From Anthoceros angustus (Eukaryota > Plantae > Anthocerotophyta), in contig VJWM01000025.1 in the NCBI GenBank assembly GCA_010909165.1, positions 3,100,001 through 3,164,000 of the forward strand: DNA of 64,000 nt. The letters are read 5' to 3'. Below the pieces are notes generated by a model, which saw only the letters and a program-made list of their open reading frames with translations, searched no databases and was not told the DNA's origin. Position numbers and translations under genes: made by a program. Each line of letters begins with the position of its first letter. Position 1 is the stretch's first letter. Positions 1 to 11,499 of this stretch are shown one piece after another.

Positions 1-832
1 AGAATCAACCCTTCACTAGTTGCAAAGATCCAGGAAACGGGCAGTGTCAAACATCACATCTTCAGGGCCTCAGTAAAAGCAGAGCAAAGTCAATCTCATT
101 GCTGGGTTCAAGTGATATACCTGTCATGACACTTCTCCCTTGTTGTGCCTCCGTACAACAACTCGCTCACTGCCTTGTTCCAGCCCGGCGGACGAGCACA
201 AACACCTTCCGTAACAGGGTGCTCTGCAATTTCCTCAACTGAATTACAACAGGAAACAACGGCGGAAAGTTCAGAACCGCTACAACGCATTGGAAATCAG
301 TCCGGATCCGAGCGGGGATCATTCACCTCGGCTGCTTCCCAGTGTGCTTGTCTCCGCTCGCAGGGTTGAGAACCACCTGCACCATTTCTCAATGGGGATA
401 ACGGAGGCCCTTCTCGTTTGCATCATGCCGGACAGACACACTTGTGCACCCAAAGCACCACCACTGCTCTTCACTTGTCGCAATCTCCTCGAAAACAGCA
501 AGGCGTGTCGGTTCCATAGCCTACCAGCAGTATTGCCAACTTGACAGTCCAAGCATGAGCAACCGTGCGAGCTCGATTTGGATCACTCCTCGTCCATGGC
601 GTGTGTTTCGCGTACAGCATGTGTGCTCATTGCTGATTTTAATTTTCTATAAGGCATTCTCCAAAATTAATACCATTCATTTTCAGCTTCATATAGATAA
701 ACTGTGAAGGGTAAAAATAGAGCTTGTAATTTCCAGGACATAATTCCCAGATTTGTGTGTGTGCGCGATGAGTGTGGAGGGCGACACCTGCTGCAGAGTA
801 CTAACCTTAGCTGAGTTCATCGTTCGAGTGTG

Positions 833-948
833 ATATGTGTCGATTGCTTGGCTGACCTCCTTGCTTACCGGGTGGGTCGAACTTGCCCCGACATGTGTAG
901 ATTGCTTGGGTGACCTCCTTGCTTACCGGGTGGGTCGAACTTGCCCCG
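833..948. repeat. Tandem direct repeat, 2 x ~58 bp
   Basis: ATGTGTxGATTGCTTGGxTGACCTCCTTGCTTACCGGGTGGGTCGAACTTGCCCCG occurs at 833-890 and 891-948. Confidence 0.9.
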
Positions 949-1794
949 TAGCCACAACCCTTATGTCATACCAAACACCCCAGGACTACCAAACCACAAA
1001 CACCCATCAACATGCTCTAATTGCCACAGCGAAGCAGGTAATCTACACGCAATCTGCATGCCACACAAACGTGGCCACTGCACACAAAACCCATAGGCAT
1101 ACCACACCCATGGTTAATCACAACTCACACCACGGGTTTTGTATGGCACACCACATAAAAACCATGCAAAACCTGTAGCCCGAGGCGAAAGGGGACAACC
1201 CAAGACGGGGCACCAAGCCAAGGGGGCGTAATAAAAGTGGAAGCTTGTAAATATGCTTGGATTGCCTGTTATAAAAGACGAATATGGAGACAATATAAAG
1301 AGAACAAGACGGGAAATCCACGCGCCACACAGACCTAGACACTCCAAATCGGCCGAAATTTGAACCGGACAGTGGCACGGATGTCATTGCTCCCCTTGCG
1401 ATCGAGCCCAATGTTTGGGAGGTGTTCCCTCCTTCTACATCCTCGGTGAGCCGCTTCCTAGACACAAAACCGGCTTAGGCACCTGCCCCGCAACATCGAT
1501 TGCAAGAGGAAGGCAAAAAAAAAATTATGCACCTTGCTAACTTGCTCCCAGCATTGGCTTCCCTCCCCTTCTGCCGCTGCTCTAGACGAGGCGACCACAT
1601 TGTGTAGGCGAGCAGGTAGTCGCTTCCAAAGTTGCTTGAGTGCTTCCGCGCATAACCAAAAGCTCCCACACTCGCAGCTGCTTCATTCCCCCAAGGCCTG
1701 AAGATGACGGCACGGTAGCGCGCATCATCCTCACATCCGTAGTCACAGGAGTACTCGTTTTGAATATATTGTCTATGTATACCAGCTAACTCTT

Positions 1795-2292
1795 TTGAAG
1801 CCTTGGTCGAAGCACACAAAGGAGCTACAAATGGAGCTGGTGGACCTTGCTCACCGGGTATTTCCTTCTGTCACAAACCTAGATGGGATTGGGAGCAGGT
1901 TTTCCCAAGCCCATCGAACTCGCACCCACAACTGCCTGAAGCGGATGAAGATGGCAGCATGGCAATTGCGGGAGAAGGGGAAATATGACAAACCGGACAA
2001 CATCATAATGGAAGGCTGGGAGGAGGCCATAGAGTTTGGTTTGCGGGAGTATGCAAGGGGTGGTGGGATGTGGCCGCATGCACAACAAATCACAGCAACA
2101 GAAGCAAGAATGGCAAAAAATGCCGAGGTGGGGTTGAACCCTTACGGGCGAGTAGGTGCAACGCCATTCCGGAAAGCATTTCGACTTCAGTGGAAAAGGG
2201 TCCCAACGAAAGCAGAGTGCCCGTGGGCTGAGGCACATTCCATTAAGGACATGCCACTATTCTTGGCTGAAACAGATCCAGAAGGTCGATGA
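1795..2292 (+). CDS. Transposon-like ORF, loosely resembling CACTA/En-Spm ORF2 (Ptta-type)
   Basis: KPDNIIMEGWEEAIEF...KNAEVGLNPYGRVG resembles the PxxVxxxxW...KxNR...HxxG pattern; similar peptide at 6046-6333 (-). Confidence 0.3.
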   Translation: MKPWSKHTKELQMELVDLAHRVFPSVTNLDGIGSRFSQAHRTRTHNCLKRMKMAAWQLREKGKYDKPDNIIMEGWEEAIEFGLREYARGGGMWPHAQQITATEARMAKNAEVGLNPYGRVGATPFRKAFRLQWKRVPTKAECPWAEAHSIKDMPLFLAETDPEGR

Positions 2293-2831
2293 AGGAGGTA
2301 TGTATAGTGGATGTATCGTCAGTCTGTTCATACTTCACAAATAGTATTTGTGAAGTATGAACGTACAAATGTATTACTTTGTACTCATGGTCCCAACTCC
2401 ACTACGGGCAGCACGTCCAACACTCTTGGTGATCCGGCGGTTTGGATATAGTTGTGGATGCGGTGGAGTTGCAAGGACCATCCCGTTCCCTAGCTTCTCC
2501 CTCTCCATGCATCTGGGTGTCTCATGTTATGTCCTCTGAGCAGGGCGGGTACCACCCGCTGCCGTGTTCTCGCATTCCGTAGTTGCCTGAGAACTGTCTC
2601 TAGGACCTATCCATTGAAGACGAGCACATAGCAATTCAAGCATGCTAGATGTCAGCCCAGTAGAACAGGCCGATGGCCACCCAACCAAGTGCAATGGGTG
2701 CCACATCACTTTCCCATGTACCACTTGAACACATTCCGCTATCCCATTCAATTGCCCAAGCATACATCATGACATACAACACATACAGAGAATGGCAGGA
2801 CCCACTTGGCGGCATACAAGGAAAACTCACA

Positions 2832-3349
2832 TCAGCAAAGTGATACATTGGCACCTAAACAAAACAAAAAACAATATACACAATATGCCCCTCGGAAATA
2901 AGAGCAACCATAGCGGATTTCGGTGATGGCCTTCATTTCTAGGAGGTCCACCAACTTCCCAACAACCCCCTGGTCAAGGCTATAGCTGCAAGTACCCAAA
3001 TCCTCGTAGATTTCTTGCATTAACCAAGGAGTCCCTTCTTCTTTACAAACCAAGTACGTAGCAGCAACCACACACGTCTCTTCACAACTCCCTTTTCTCA
3101 AGCTCGTCTGCTTTTTGTACAAGGAACTTGCCAACACCTACGTGTTGTGCACAATTCTCATTTTGTTTGCGACCTCTGAAATCCTATCAAAAGCAAATAT
3201 CAGACCACCGTCATGATTGGGAACCCGTGCATTCACGTTCCGCAGTGTGGATGCAACCCATTTTTCCTTTGCACCTATAGTGTCAATGCAAGTGGTTAGG
3301 CCAACATGGTCGAGCTAGTCATCCGTGTACGTAGGACGTCCCACATGCT
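2832..3349 (-). pseudogene. TFIIB-family pseudogene fragment (B-reader/linker and first cyclin repeat)
   Basis: One frame reads HVGRPTYTDD*LDHVGLTTCI...DGGLIFAFDRISEVANKMRIVHNT*VLASSLYKK...VVAATYLVCKEEGTPWLMQEI, matching the TFIIB RVGxP...GLST, DRGLILAFKTIATMADRL and AACLYIACRQExxPRTVKEI patterns; two in-frame stops; cut at the 5' side by a TIR at 3350. Confidence 0.75.
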
Positions 3350-4420
3350 AACATCATAATTTTTGAAGGGGGTGAATAATCTCGAAGGGGGTTTTTCGAA
3401 AATAATCTCTGAAGGGGTGAATAATCAAGGGGTTTTTCAAAATAATCTCCTCGAAGGGGTTTTGATGGGCCCTAAACGTTTTTAAGGCATTCGAAAACAT
3501 CTCCGAAAAAGGTGTCACCAATAAAGTTCCAACTTTCCATCCGGCAATGTTTCGGAATGGTACCTCGAACCTATGGGATTAATGCAAAGTAGGAACGGTA
3601 AGGAAGGCCATTCCTTCCGGGAAGGGACGACTATAAATTCAGTTTTGGGAGGAAAATATGGTTTAGTAAGGACACAATAAAAGCCAAGGACAAGGTATTT
3701 CCAAAACACATTAACATCTGGAACCAGATGTACAACATTCACTTTGGGACCCTGGGACAAACCGTAATTTCAGTTTCATTCATCACCAGAGTTCAATCCT
3801 TCGTCATCACTTGGTCCAGCTTCTCCAACATTGTCATCACTATCTTCAGCGGCACTTTGACTCGCAAACTGTATGAAGCCGCGCAACTTGCAGAGCTTAT
3901 CCCTTGTCACTTTTTTGTCCACCGCATACACATGTTTCCGTGCGTTCAACACAAACCCATAATACAAGATGGCTGTTTCATTCACAAACACCTCCTGTAT
4001 GTTTTTTGGGTAATGGACCTTACTCCCTTTTTCCTCGGCATCGGACGGATAGGTTGCTTTTCGGCGGACTATGTATTCCTACACATATCTCCCTTGCGCA
4101 TCAGTGCTCGGTCCGATACTAGTGGATAAGAAAGTGAGGTCGTGGTGCATCTAGCTTGGCGTCAAGGACTCTCCCAATCCGAATGGCACATTTTGCGTGT
4201 CCAGTGCCGGCACGCCCGGACTTCTCCGGATGTTATGTCTCCATTCACCCACGCCATTCCACGCTGCTTCGCATTTTGATATGCCCCAAGTACATATCAT
4301 GTGGAGGTCCCTCAATAATGCCTCATCCAAAGAAAGCTTCATCGGCGCGGTGGTCGGTGTGATCCACTTCTACGTGAAAACCACTTCCAACCTACTAGAA
4401 AGGGCAGCCTATATTCACGA
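3350..4420 (-). mobile_element. Truncated Sola-like TIR element, copy 3 (one terminus plus transposase C-terminus)
   Basis: AACATCATAATTTTTTGAAGGGGGTGAATAAT at 3350 matches the family TIR; 3776-4342 (-) ends EDSDDNVGEAGPSDDEGLNSGDE*, nearly identical to the transposase end at ~19340-19412 (+). Confidence 0.8.
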
Positions 4421-5250
4421 TCGATGTTGCAATTTTTGTTACACTTCCACATTGCAACATGTTTTTGGAGGCTTGGTATTAAGTTTGTGTTACAGTTTGG
4501 TGCAGCCATCTTAACACGAACCTGCACTCTCTCTTCCCACCTCACCCTTATGGGTACACCCCCTCTCTCACAAGCATTGTTAATAATTTCCCACCTGCCC
4601 TTGTTACAGTCGTTGTTGCAATTTTATGTAACACTTCCAACTTGCAACACGTTTTGATGGCTTGGTGTTTAGTTGGTCAATTTTTTCTCTTCCTTCTCCC
4701 ACCATCCTAACACAATGCTTGGTCTCTCACTTCATGTACCACTTCAAAATTGCAACACTCTTTGGTGGCTTGGTGTTCAGGGTGTCAATTTCTTATCCAC
4801 CTTCTCACACCATCTTAACACAATGCTTGGTCTCTCTCCTCTCACCTCACCACCTAGTTATTGCTCCCTTATCACACCCTTTTATACTCTTTCACTTCTC
4901 CTCCTCCATCATGGATGAGAAGGACCTCCCCTATCACAACCATTTTATACTCTTCCTCTTCCTCTTGCAACATGATTGTAACAAGGACCTCTCTCCCAGG
5001 TATCCTTCCTTCCTATTTTACCTCCTTTGCATATCCTTTGTATACATATATATGTATATAGGCTTCAAGACATAAGTATGTGTAAGTATGTGTACATATA
5101 TATGTACACATCCATATTATACTTATATTATATTAGTGTACTTATGTACCTCCTTTGTATACGTATATATGTATATAGGCTTCAAGACTTGTTTATGTAC
5201 TAATATGTATGTGCTAACCCTTACGTCACTCTCATACCTTGCATATATAA
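4420..5250. repeat. Degenerate direct repeats and AT-rich low-complexity sequence
   Basis: TTGCAATTTT...ACACTTCCA..TTGCAACA...GGCTTGGT recurs near 4425, 4615 and 4740; TATATGTATATAGGCTTCAAGAC occurs twice. Confidence 0.65.
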
Positions 5251-6111
5251 GTGTTTGATTTTATTGACAAATTAATTGGAATTTTGGACACTTCAAGCGT
5301 CCTCTATCCCTTTCGACTTTGTTGCCGATGCCATTGGCTTTAACTACAAACATGTCGTCTTCCAAGTGATATGAACATATCGTCTTCGTGCAATACAAAC
5401 ATGTGCCTTTGCGGCGTCACTTGGTGACTCTTCAGACCAACACCATTGTTTTCAGGGTTCCTCCACAACTTCCTAGACCTATCCAGCGGCCTCAATCACC
5501 ACTTTCACGGCGAAGGACCCCTGTAAATGCTAGGCTACAAAGGTGGGAATACCAATTCCATCTGTTTGATTGATTGACCATCACCGGTCCACCATCTTGG
5601 CGACTCCAGATCTACAAAATGGCTCGAACATTCACATTCCCTCCACAAACGGCCCACGGTTGTTTTCAGTTGCATTCGGCATGCGCTCCGCATTCTCTCA
5701 TCCATCGGTTCCCCACCATCTCTCCAGTGCTCCGCTCCCACATCCAGTTCCCCACCATCTCGTTGCCTCCGGCATCACTTGGCAGTGGCGCTTGCCACCT
5801 TTCCTCCATCTTCCTTCTCTCCACTAGTATCATGCCTTCCTTCCTGACATGGCTTTCACATTCCACCAGCTTTCCCTTCCCCTTCTTCCCTGCAGTCATG
5901 CACACACATCACTTAGAGCTCACGTCCTACATATCGCCACATCGCACCAACCTTGCGCACAACCAAGCATTCCATTAACCCTTAATGACCACTATACCAC
6001 TTCAATACTCTGGCATGCTCTCCAATCCATGCCTTGCTGCCCACTTCAACTCATCCAAAGTGTTGCGCCCTCCCCACCGTTGCAGATACCGTTTAACTCC
6101 TTTGCTCCAAC

Positions 6112-7310
6112 AGGACCAAAGGGAGCTTGCTCCACAGCCCGTCTCCATGCCTTTGTGCTCACATTTGGCGGATGCAGCCATTTTGCATCCTGCGCCTTCT
6201 CCCTCCAGATAATTGCTTTTTGCCGTACCTTCTTTCCCACATTGTGGTTCCTTGTCCATGATGCACCTGCAAACCTGGCCACAATGTCCTCGCGATCTAT
6301 ACTTGGGAACTCATACTCTACCTTCCTCACCACCGTCTCAAACTCTCGTGGCTCACCATGGCACCATCAACTCATTTCGCGACACTAGCTCCAACACGGC
6401 TGGTGGAAGGCCTTCCTCAACCGTCCTTCCTCTCCGGACAACTTCCTCCTCCTCATCATTCTCCACCCAACCTCCATTGCGTATAACGGCTCCACCCATG
6501 TACACTCCACCACGCCCATGCACAAGAATAACACGGGTAATGACGCTTCTAGTGGCTTACCAACCAACCGCCCATCAATTCTCCAATTTCAGGTAGTGGC
6601 AATGTAGTCGGTATGTCCGTCTCCACCTCACCATTCGCCATCTCCATTCTCGCCTCGCCGCTTTCCCATTATTGCCGCCACCGTGTCCTTCTCCTCACCG
6701 CCCTCCCGTTCTGAATCGTTCTCGAACTCCTTGTTATCAGACCAAAGGGAGCTTGCTGACCCGTCTCCATGCCTTTGCTCACATTTGGGATGACCATTTT
6801 GCATCCTCGCGCCTTCTCCCTCCAGATAATTGCTTTCTGTACCTTCTTTCCCACATTGGTTCCTTGTCATGATGCACCTCGCAACCGCCACAATGTCCTC
6901 GCGATCTACTTGGGAACTCATACTCTACCTTCCTCACCATCCCTCAAACTCTCGTCGTGGCCATGGCACCATCAACTCATTTTAGCGCACACTAGCTCCA
7001 ACACGCTGGTGGAAGGCCTTCAACCTCAACTCCTTCCTCCGGACAACTCTTCCTCCTCCTCATTCTCCACCCAACCTCCATTGCATAACGGCTCACGTCC
7101 ATGTACACTCCACCACGCCCATGCAAACGATGCACAACACGGGTAATGACGTCTTCTAGTGGCTTACCACCAACCGCCCATCAATTCTCCAATTTCGTAG
7201 TGGCAATGTAGTCGGATGTCCGCCTCCACCTCACCATTCGCCATCTCCCGCCACTCTCGCTCGCGCTTTCCCCATTATTGCCGCCACCGTGTCCTTCTCC
7301 TCACCGTCCT
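6112..7310 (-). repeat. Tandem duplication (~600 bp) of a transposon-like ORF remnant
   Basis: 6112-6700 and 6740-7310 are near-identical apart from scattered small indels. Confidence 0.8.
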
Positions 7311-7399
7311 CCCCGACCATCATATGCACGCTCCTTGGCCCCTCCGCAACCGCCTCCAAAGCAGTACTGCCCACCCTGTGGCAGCAGCTCCTCCTCCAC

Positions 7400-8376
7400 A
7401 GTACCTTCGTAGAGATCAGTACAGACTAATACACTTAGGTTAGGTGTCGATTATATTTATAGTTGAAGCCAATCACTAGGAAGGAGCACAAGAAGCTTCC
7501 TAGTGATTAGCTTCAGCTAAACTAATGATACTTAATCGACACCTAACTTAGACTAAGTGTATTAGTCTAAGTACATTGGGCTTTAATACCCTTACAACCT
7601 CCCACTTAAAGGCCAATTTACCCAGAGAGAATGGACTATCTCATGCCCATCGTTGTCCGAGCTTGTGCAAATTGTCAGAGAGAGTCCCTTGGTAAGAATA
7701 TCTAGGTTCGCCGGTGAACCTTGACAAGTTGTACCTCTTGTCATCCAACACCTCTCGAATGAAGTGATACTTCACATCCACATGTTTAGTCTTCGCATGA
7801 AACACTTTGGATTCTTTGCCAATTGGATAGCACTTTCTATCACATGCAACAGCGACTCAACCTTGATCCCCAAGTCTCCCACTAAGCAGCAAGCCATATG
7901 GCTTCCTTGCAAGCCTCGATTCTTTGCAACATGCTCATGGTAGATAGCGTAATACGCAGCGCAAGCAGATCGCCATGAGGCGCCCCTCAGTGCGTGAAGA
8001 CATAACGATGTGGACCTCCTTGTCCATATCCCTGCATAATCGGCATCTGTGTACCCAACCACACATGCATCTTCACTACCAAAACATATGCACAAAGCTT
8101 TTGTACCATTCGGATACCTCATAACTCCTTTTCGCCTCCCAATGCTTCTTGCGAGGTTTGACATAAACGCTAACCACTCCTTGCAAAGGCAATGTCGGGC
8201 GTGTAGCAATCATTGCATACATCAAACTCCCTACTGATGAGTATGGGACCTTCTCCATTTCAGCTTTGTCCTCCTCGAGCTTGGGCAATCCGGCGGCGAA
8301 AGTTTCACATATGGAGGCAATGGGTACCCAATGGCTTCCCCTTCTCCATGTTGAAGCGTTGAAGCACCCACATTAA
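7400..8376 (-). mobile_element. Ty1/copia remnant: RT C-terminus, RNase H, PPT and part of the 3' LTR
   Basis: VPYSSxVGSLMYAMIATRP, VVGYTDADYAG, SAIQLAKNP and TKHVDVKYHFIRE motifs; PPT AAGTGGGAGGT (7597-7607, -) directly followed by TGTAAG LTR start at 7596. Confidence 0.93.
7423..7568. repeat. Long imperfect palindrome inside the copia LTR
   Basis: 7423-7438 pairs with 7553-7568, 7439-7453 with 7533-7547, and 7460-7483 with 7496-7519. Confidence 0.9.
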
Positions 8377-11091
8377 TGTATTAAAATGCGAGACAAATAA
8401 AAGCGAGCCGCTTATGTCAAATAAAGCGGGGCCTTCATGGCACTTCCTCCCCTCACCGGCACCCTCCTCCCACGTTGTTGGGGTTATCCATCGCCACCCG
8501 AACGGAAGGTCCACAAGACCAATGGCCTCTCTCGCCACCACGGTCGGCCTCTTGGCGGACCACCATGCTCCTCCCGATCACCACAGTCCTCTTTCTCGGG
8601 GACTCACGCCAATTCCTCCTCCCTCCGATGTCACGGCCTGGCATTCCTCCTGAAAGTTTTGGATTCTCTCTGCACAAGCGGCTCCATTAGCTCCCCACCT
8701 ATTAGAGACACCCACTCCCTTGCGGCCGCTTTCTCTCATCGTCCTCCTCTTTGGCGGAGACTCCCTGCTGGGAAGTTGCTCCCCTCCGGCCTGACACCTC
8801 TCGCCCGCCCCTCCATGCCCGGTGGCATTCTCTTGCCTTTATGCCCCTTCCCCTTTCGCTACTTGTGTTTGTGCACGAAGTACTAAACCTTCCTTGTCAC
8901 GTATGCCATTCCTCCATGCATGCCATATATAGTCCCCGCTTTTTATGACCATTTCGTGACCAAGGACAAGTGTTTGCAATGCGATTTCGAGTGGCCGATG
9001 ACCAAGGAAGTGCCATGCCATGACAAGGTCATGGCCATCTTACAACTTGCCATGAACCAAGGACAATGGTTCCTTTCTCTCAAATAAAATTCTCCCTCCA
9101 CCATGGTCCAAGGAAGGTGGGTGCAAGCCATTAGAATAATTGAAAACTCATGGCATGGAAGAAAACATGCCACGTCGTCGTTTGAGGGACGCCTGTTCCT
9201 TGTTTGGTAATAATCTATATCAACATCTACACCATTGTGCAAGGACGGTGGGTGGCGTGAGAGCCATTCAAGCAAACTAAATGCCCCTTTCATTATGCCA
9301 TGAATGAAGGACCGTCGTATGTGAATTTGCCATATATGCCAATTCCGCTCTCCTAGATAATGATGTCCATCGCTCGAGACTCCCATTCGCTCTCCACCAA
9401 TCATGCGCCCACATGGCGTAACGATAATGTATTCACGCCTGCCGGCACCATGCTAGGTGACGGCCCGACGTCATGGCGCACCGCCGCAAAGCGATTTCCA
9501 GCCCTTAGGAGACATGAAAACAAACTCGATCGCCCTTTATGGCCGGCCAGCTTCACACTCATTGCATTTACCAAAGAATCACATCATATTTCGACGCCAT
9601 CAAAGCTCGCCATGTTTGGTTTGTCACATGTAAGGAAGCTTGAAATTCAAGATCCTCTCATCCGCAACCCGATGTGGCCTGGGCACAAGTGTCAGAAGGT
9701 GGTGGTCCGCTTTAAATGTCACCACCTTGCCCCTCGCTTCACGCTTACCTTTCTTGGTCATCCTCGCAGGGCGAGCCTGCCTTTCCGGAACATGCCTCGT
9801 CGCGCCTCCTTGCTACCTTATGCCATGTATGACGGACATGTTGACGATGCCGAGCTAGCTTCCGTCGGAAACCTAAATGGGCGTGGAGTGGTAGTTCGCA
9901 CCACGAGGCGTGTGTTCATGTCTCCATCTTCACAACTAGAAATACTGATGGCCATCAAGGATCCTTTGCAAAGGTTGGAGGGGTGTCACGCCCCTCATGG
10001 CGTGAGCGTAGAGCTCTCATCGTGGCTATCCTCGTGGGGACTCTGCTCGTGGCGAGGTGGTTCCTTCCACATGGTGCATGGTGTTCGTGACCACACACGG
10101 TATGGCTGGGGTTCACCGTGAGGCACGGATGAACACTTTTTTGGCCCTATTCGCCTACCTACAAGTCCATGCCTCGCAGGCTAAAGTGTTTGTGAATCCG
10201 TGATAAGTCAAAACCGCCGCCTTCCGCCGCTCGACTGTGTCTGCTTGTGGATCATTGCGTATGTGTGCACATTATTGTTGCCTCGTGGTGGAAACCGACG
10301 ATGGCCATTAAGGACAAGGGCTGCAATTCCCTGTCAATGATGATGGCTATCAAGGATGATGGATGGGAGGTTGTTATCCCCTGCCTACCATCAAGGACTG
10401 TATGGAGGGCCGTCCCTTGGCTCTCACATGCATAGCAATAATACATTACTTATCTTACATTGGGTAATACCTAATATGATGGTAAACCCTAGTGACAGTA
10501 GTTAGTTGTAACCGTTTCACGGGTCCAGGACATATGTTCATGGTTCCCCTTTTTTGTTTAATCAATTTGTTCATTGCTGTGTATGCGAGTGTGAGGATCG
10601 ATCGTCGTGTACATCAGCGTGTAGCAAACTTTACATGGTATCAAAGCCATAAGGCCTGTACCTGGTTGCGCACATGGCGGCTGATGCTCTACACTTGTGA
10701 TCTCTTAGAAATTCAAGAGTCCTCTGCCAAAATTGCTAAGTAACCCTAAAGTACTCTGGAAGGATGCCTCGCAGGAATTCCTGCAAGCAATCCTGGCCAG
10801 AGACTGAAGGAAGAGGGGCGCATCAATTGTCAGAGACAGAATTTGAGCGGAGGTACTTCAAGAAATCAGTTTCCGCTGCTGAAAGAGAAGATCGCATTAA
10901 GTTTCTAAGCACCTTTCTCAATTCTATGGCTACGGCATCAAACAACCATAGTTGTGCAACATTTGTGAAAGCTGAACCCAAAGAGAAAGAGGTTCAGTCA
11001 CATCGCCATTCAGATACAGAATATACGAAGAAATCCAAACCCTATCCTGAGACATTTACAAAACATGAAGTCATTCTGAATTCCATTCTAA
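8377..11091 (+). mobile_element. LTR retrotransposon 5' part: ~2.26-kb LTR, Met-tRNA PBS and gag start; interrupts the copia and is itself interrupted by the TIR element
   Basis: TGTA at 8377 where copia RT similarity stops; ...TTTACA ends at 10635; PBS TGGTATCAAAGC at 10636-10647; gag-like SETEFERRYF...REDRIKFL follows. The left LTR boundary is inferred. Confidence 0.7.
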
Positions 11092-11499
11092 AACACCATA
11101 AATTATGAAGGGGGGGAATATACAAACCCCCTTCAAGGGAAAAATAACCCCTTTGACGGAAAAGACACCATCCACAAATTGCGGAAAACGGCTTGGTTTC
11201 AGAATACAGACACCGTCGTGTATGCATATCCCTAGCGGAAAACCAAACTGAAAATGGCATCCCCACAACAACCGGCTGGCCACCGCTACTACAAATAGCA
11301 GTGTAACAACAAAATTTGAGAAAAGACCCATTGTTAATTTTAAGAGGGTCGAAAACATCCGAACATGCGTTCTCTCGTAGAAGCAACTGCAAAACTAAAC
11401 ACCAACACCCGCTAAGTGCATAGGCGATTTTGCTAAGGCGTCACGGTGTTCTATCGCGAGGGATTGTTTGAGAGTCCACCATTGCATCCACCGAATCTT

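Noticed and set aside
1-700. Short ORFs at the window start
   Set aside because: No recognisable motifs or reliable exon structure
9360-10121. 253-aa ORF
   Set aside because: Lies in the inferred LTR, has no recognisable motif, and there is no second copy to test conservation
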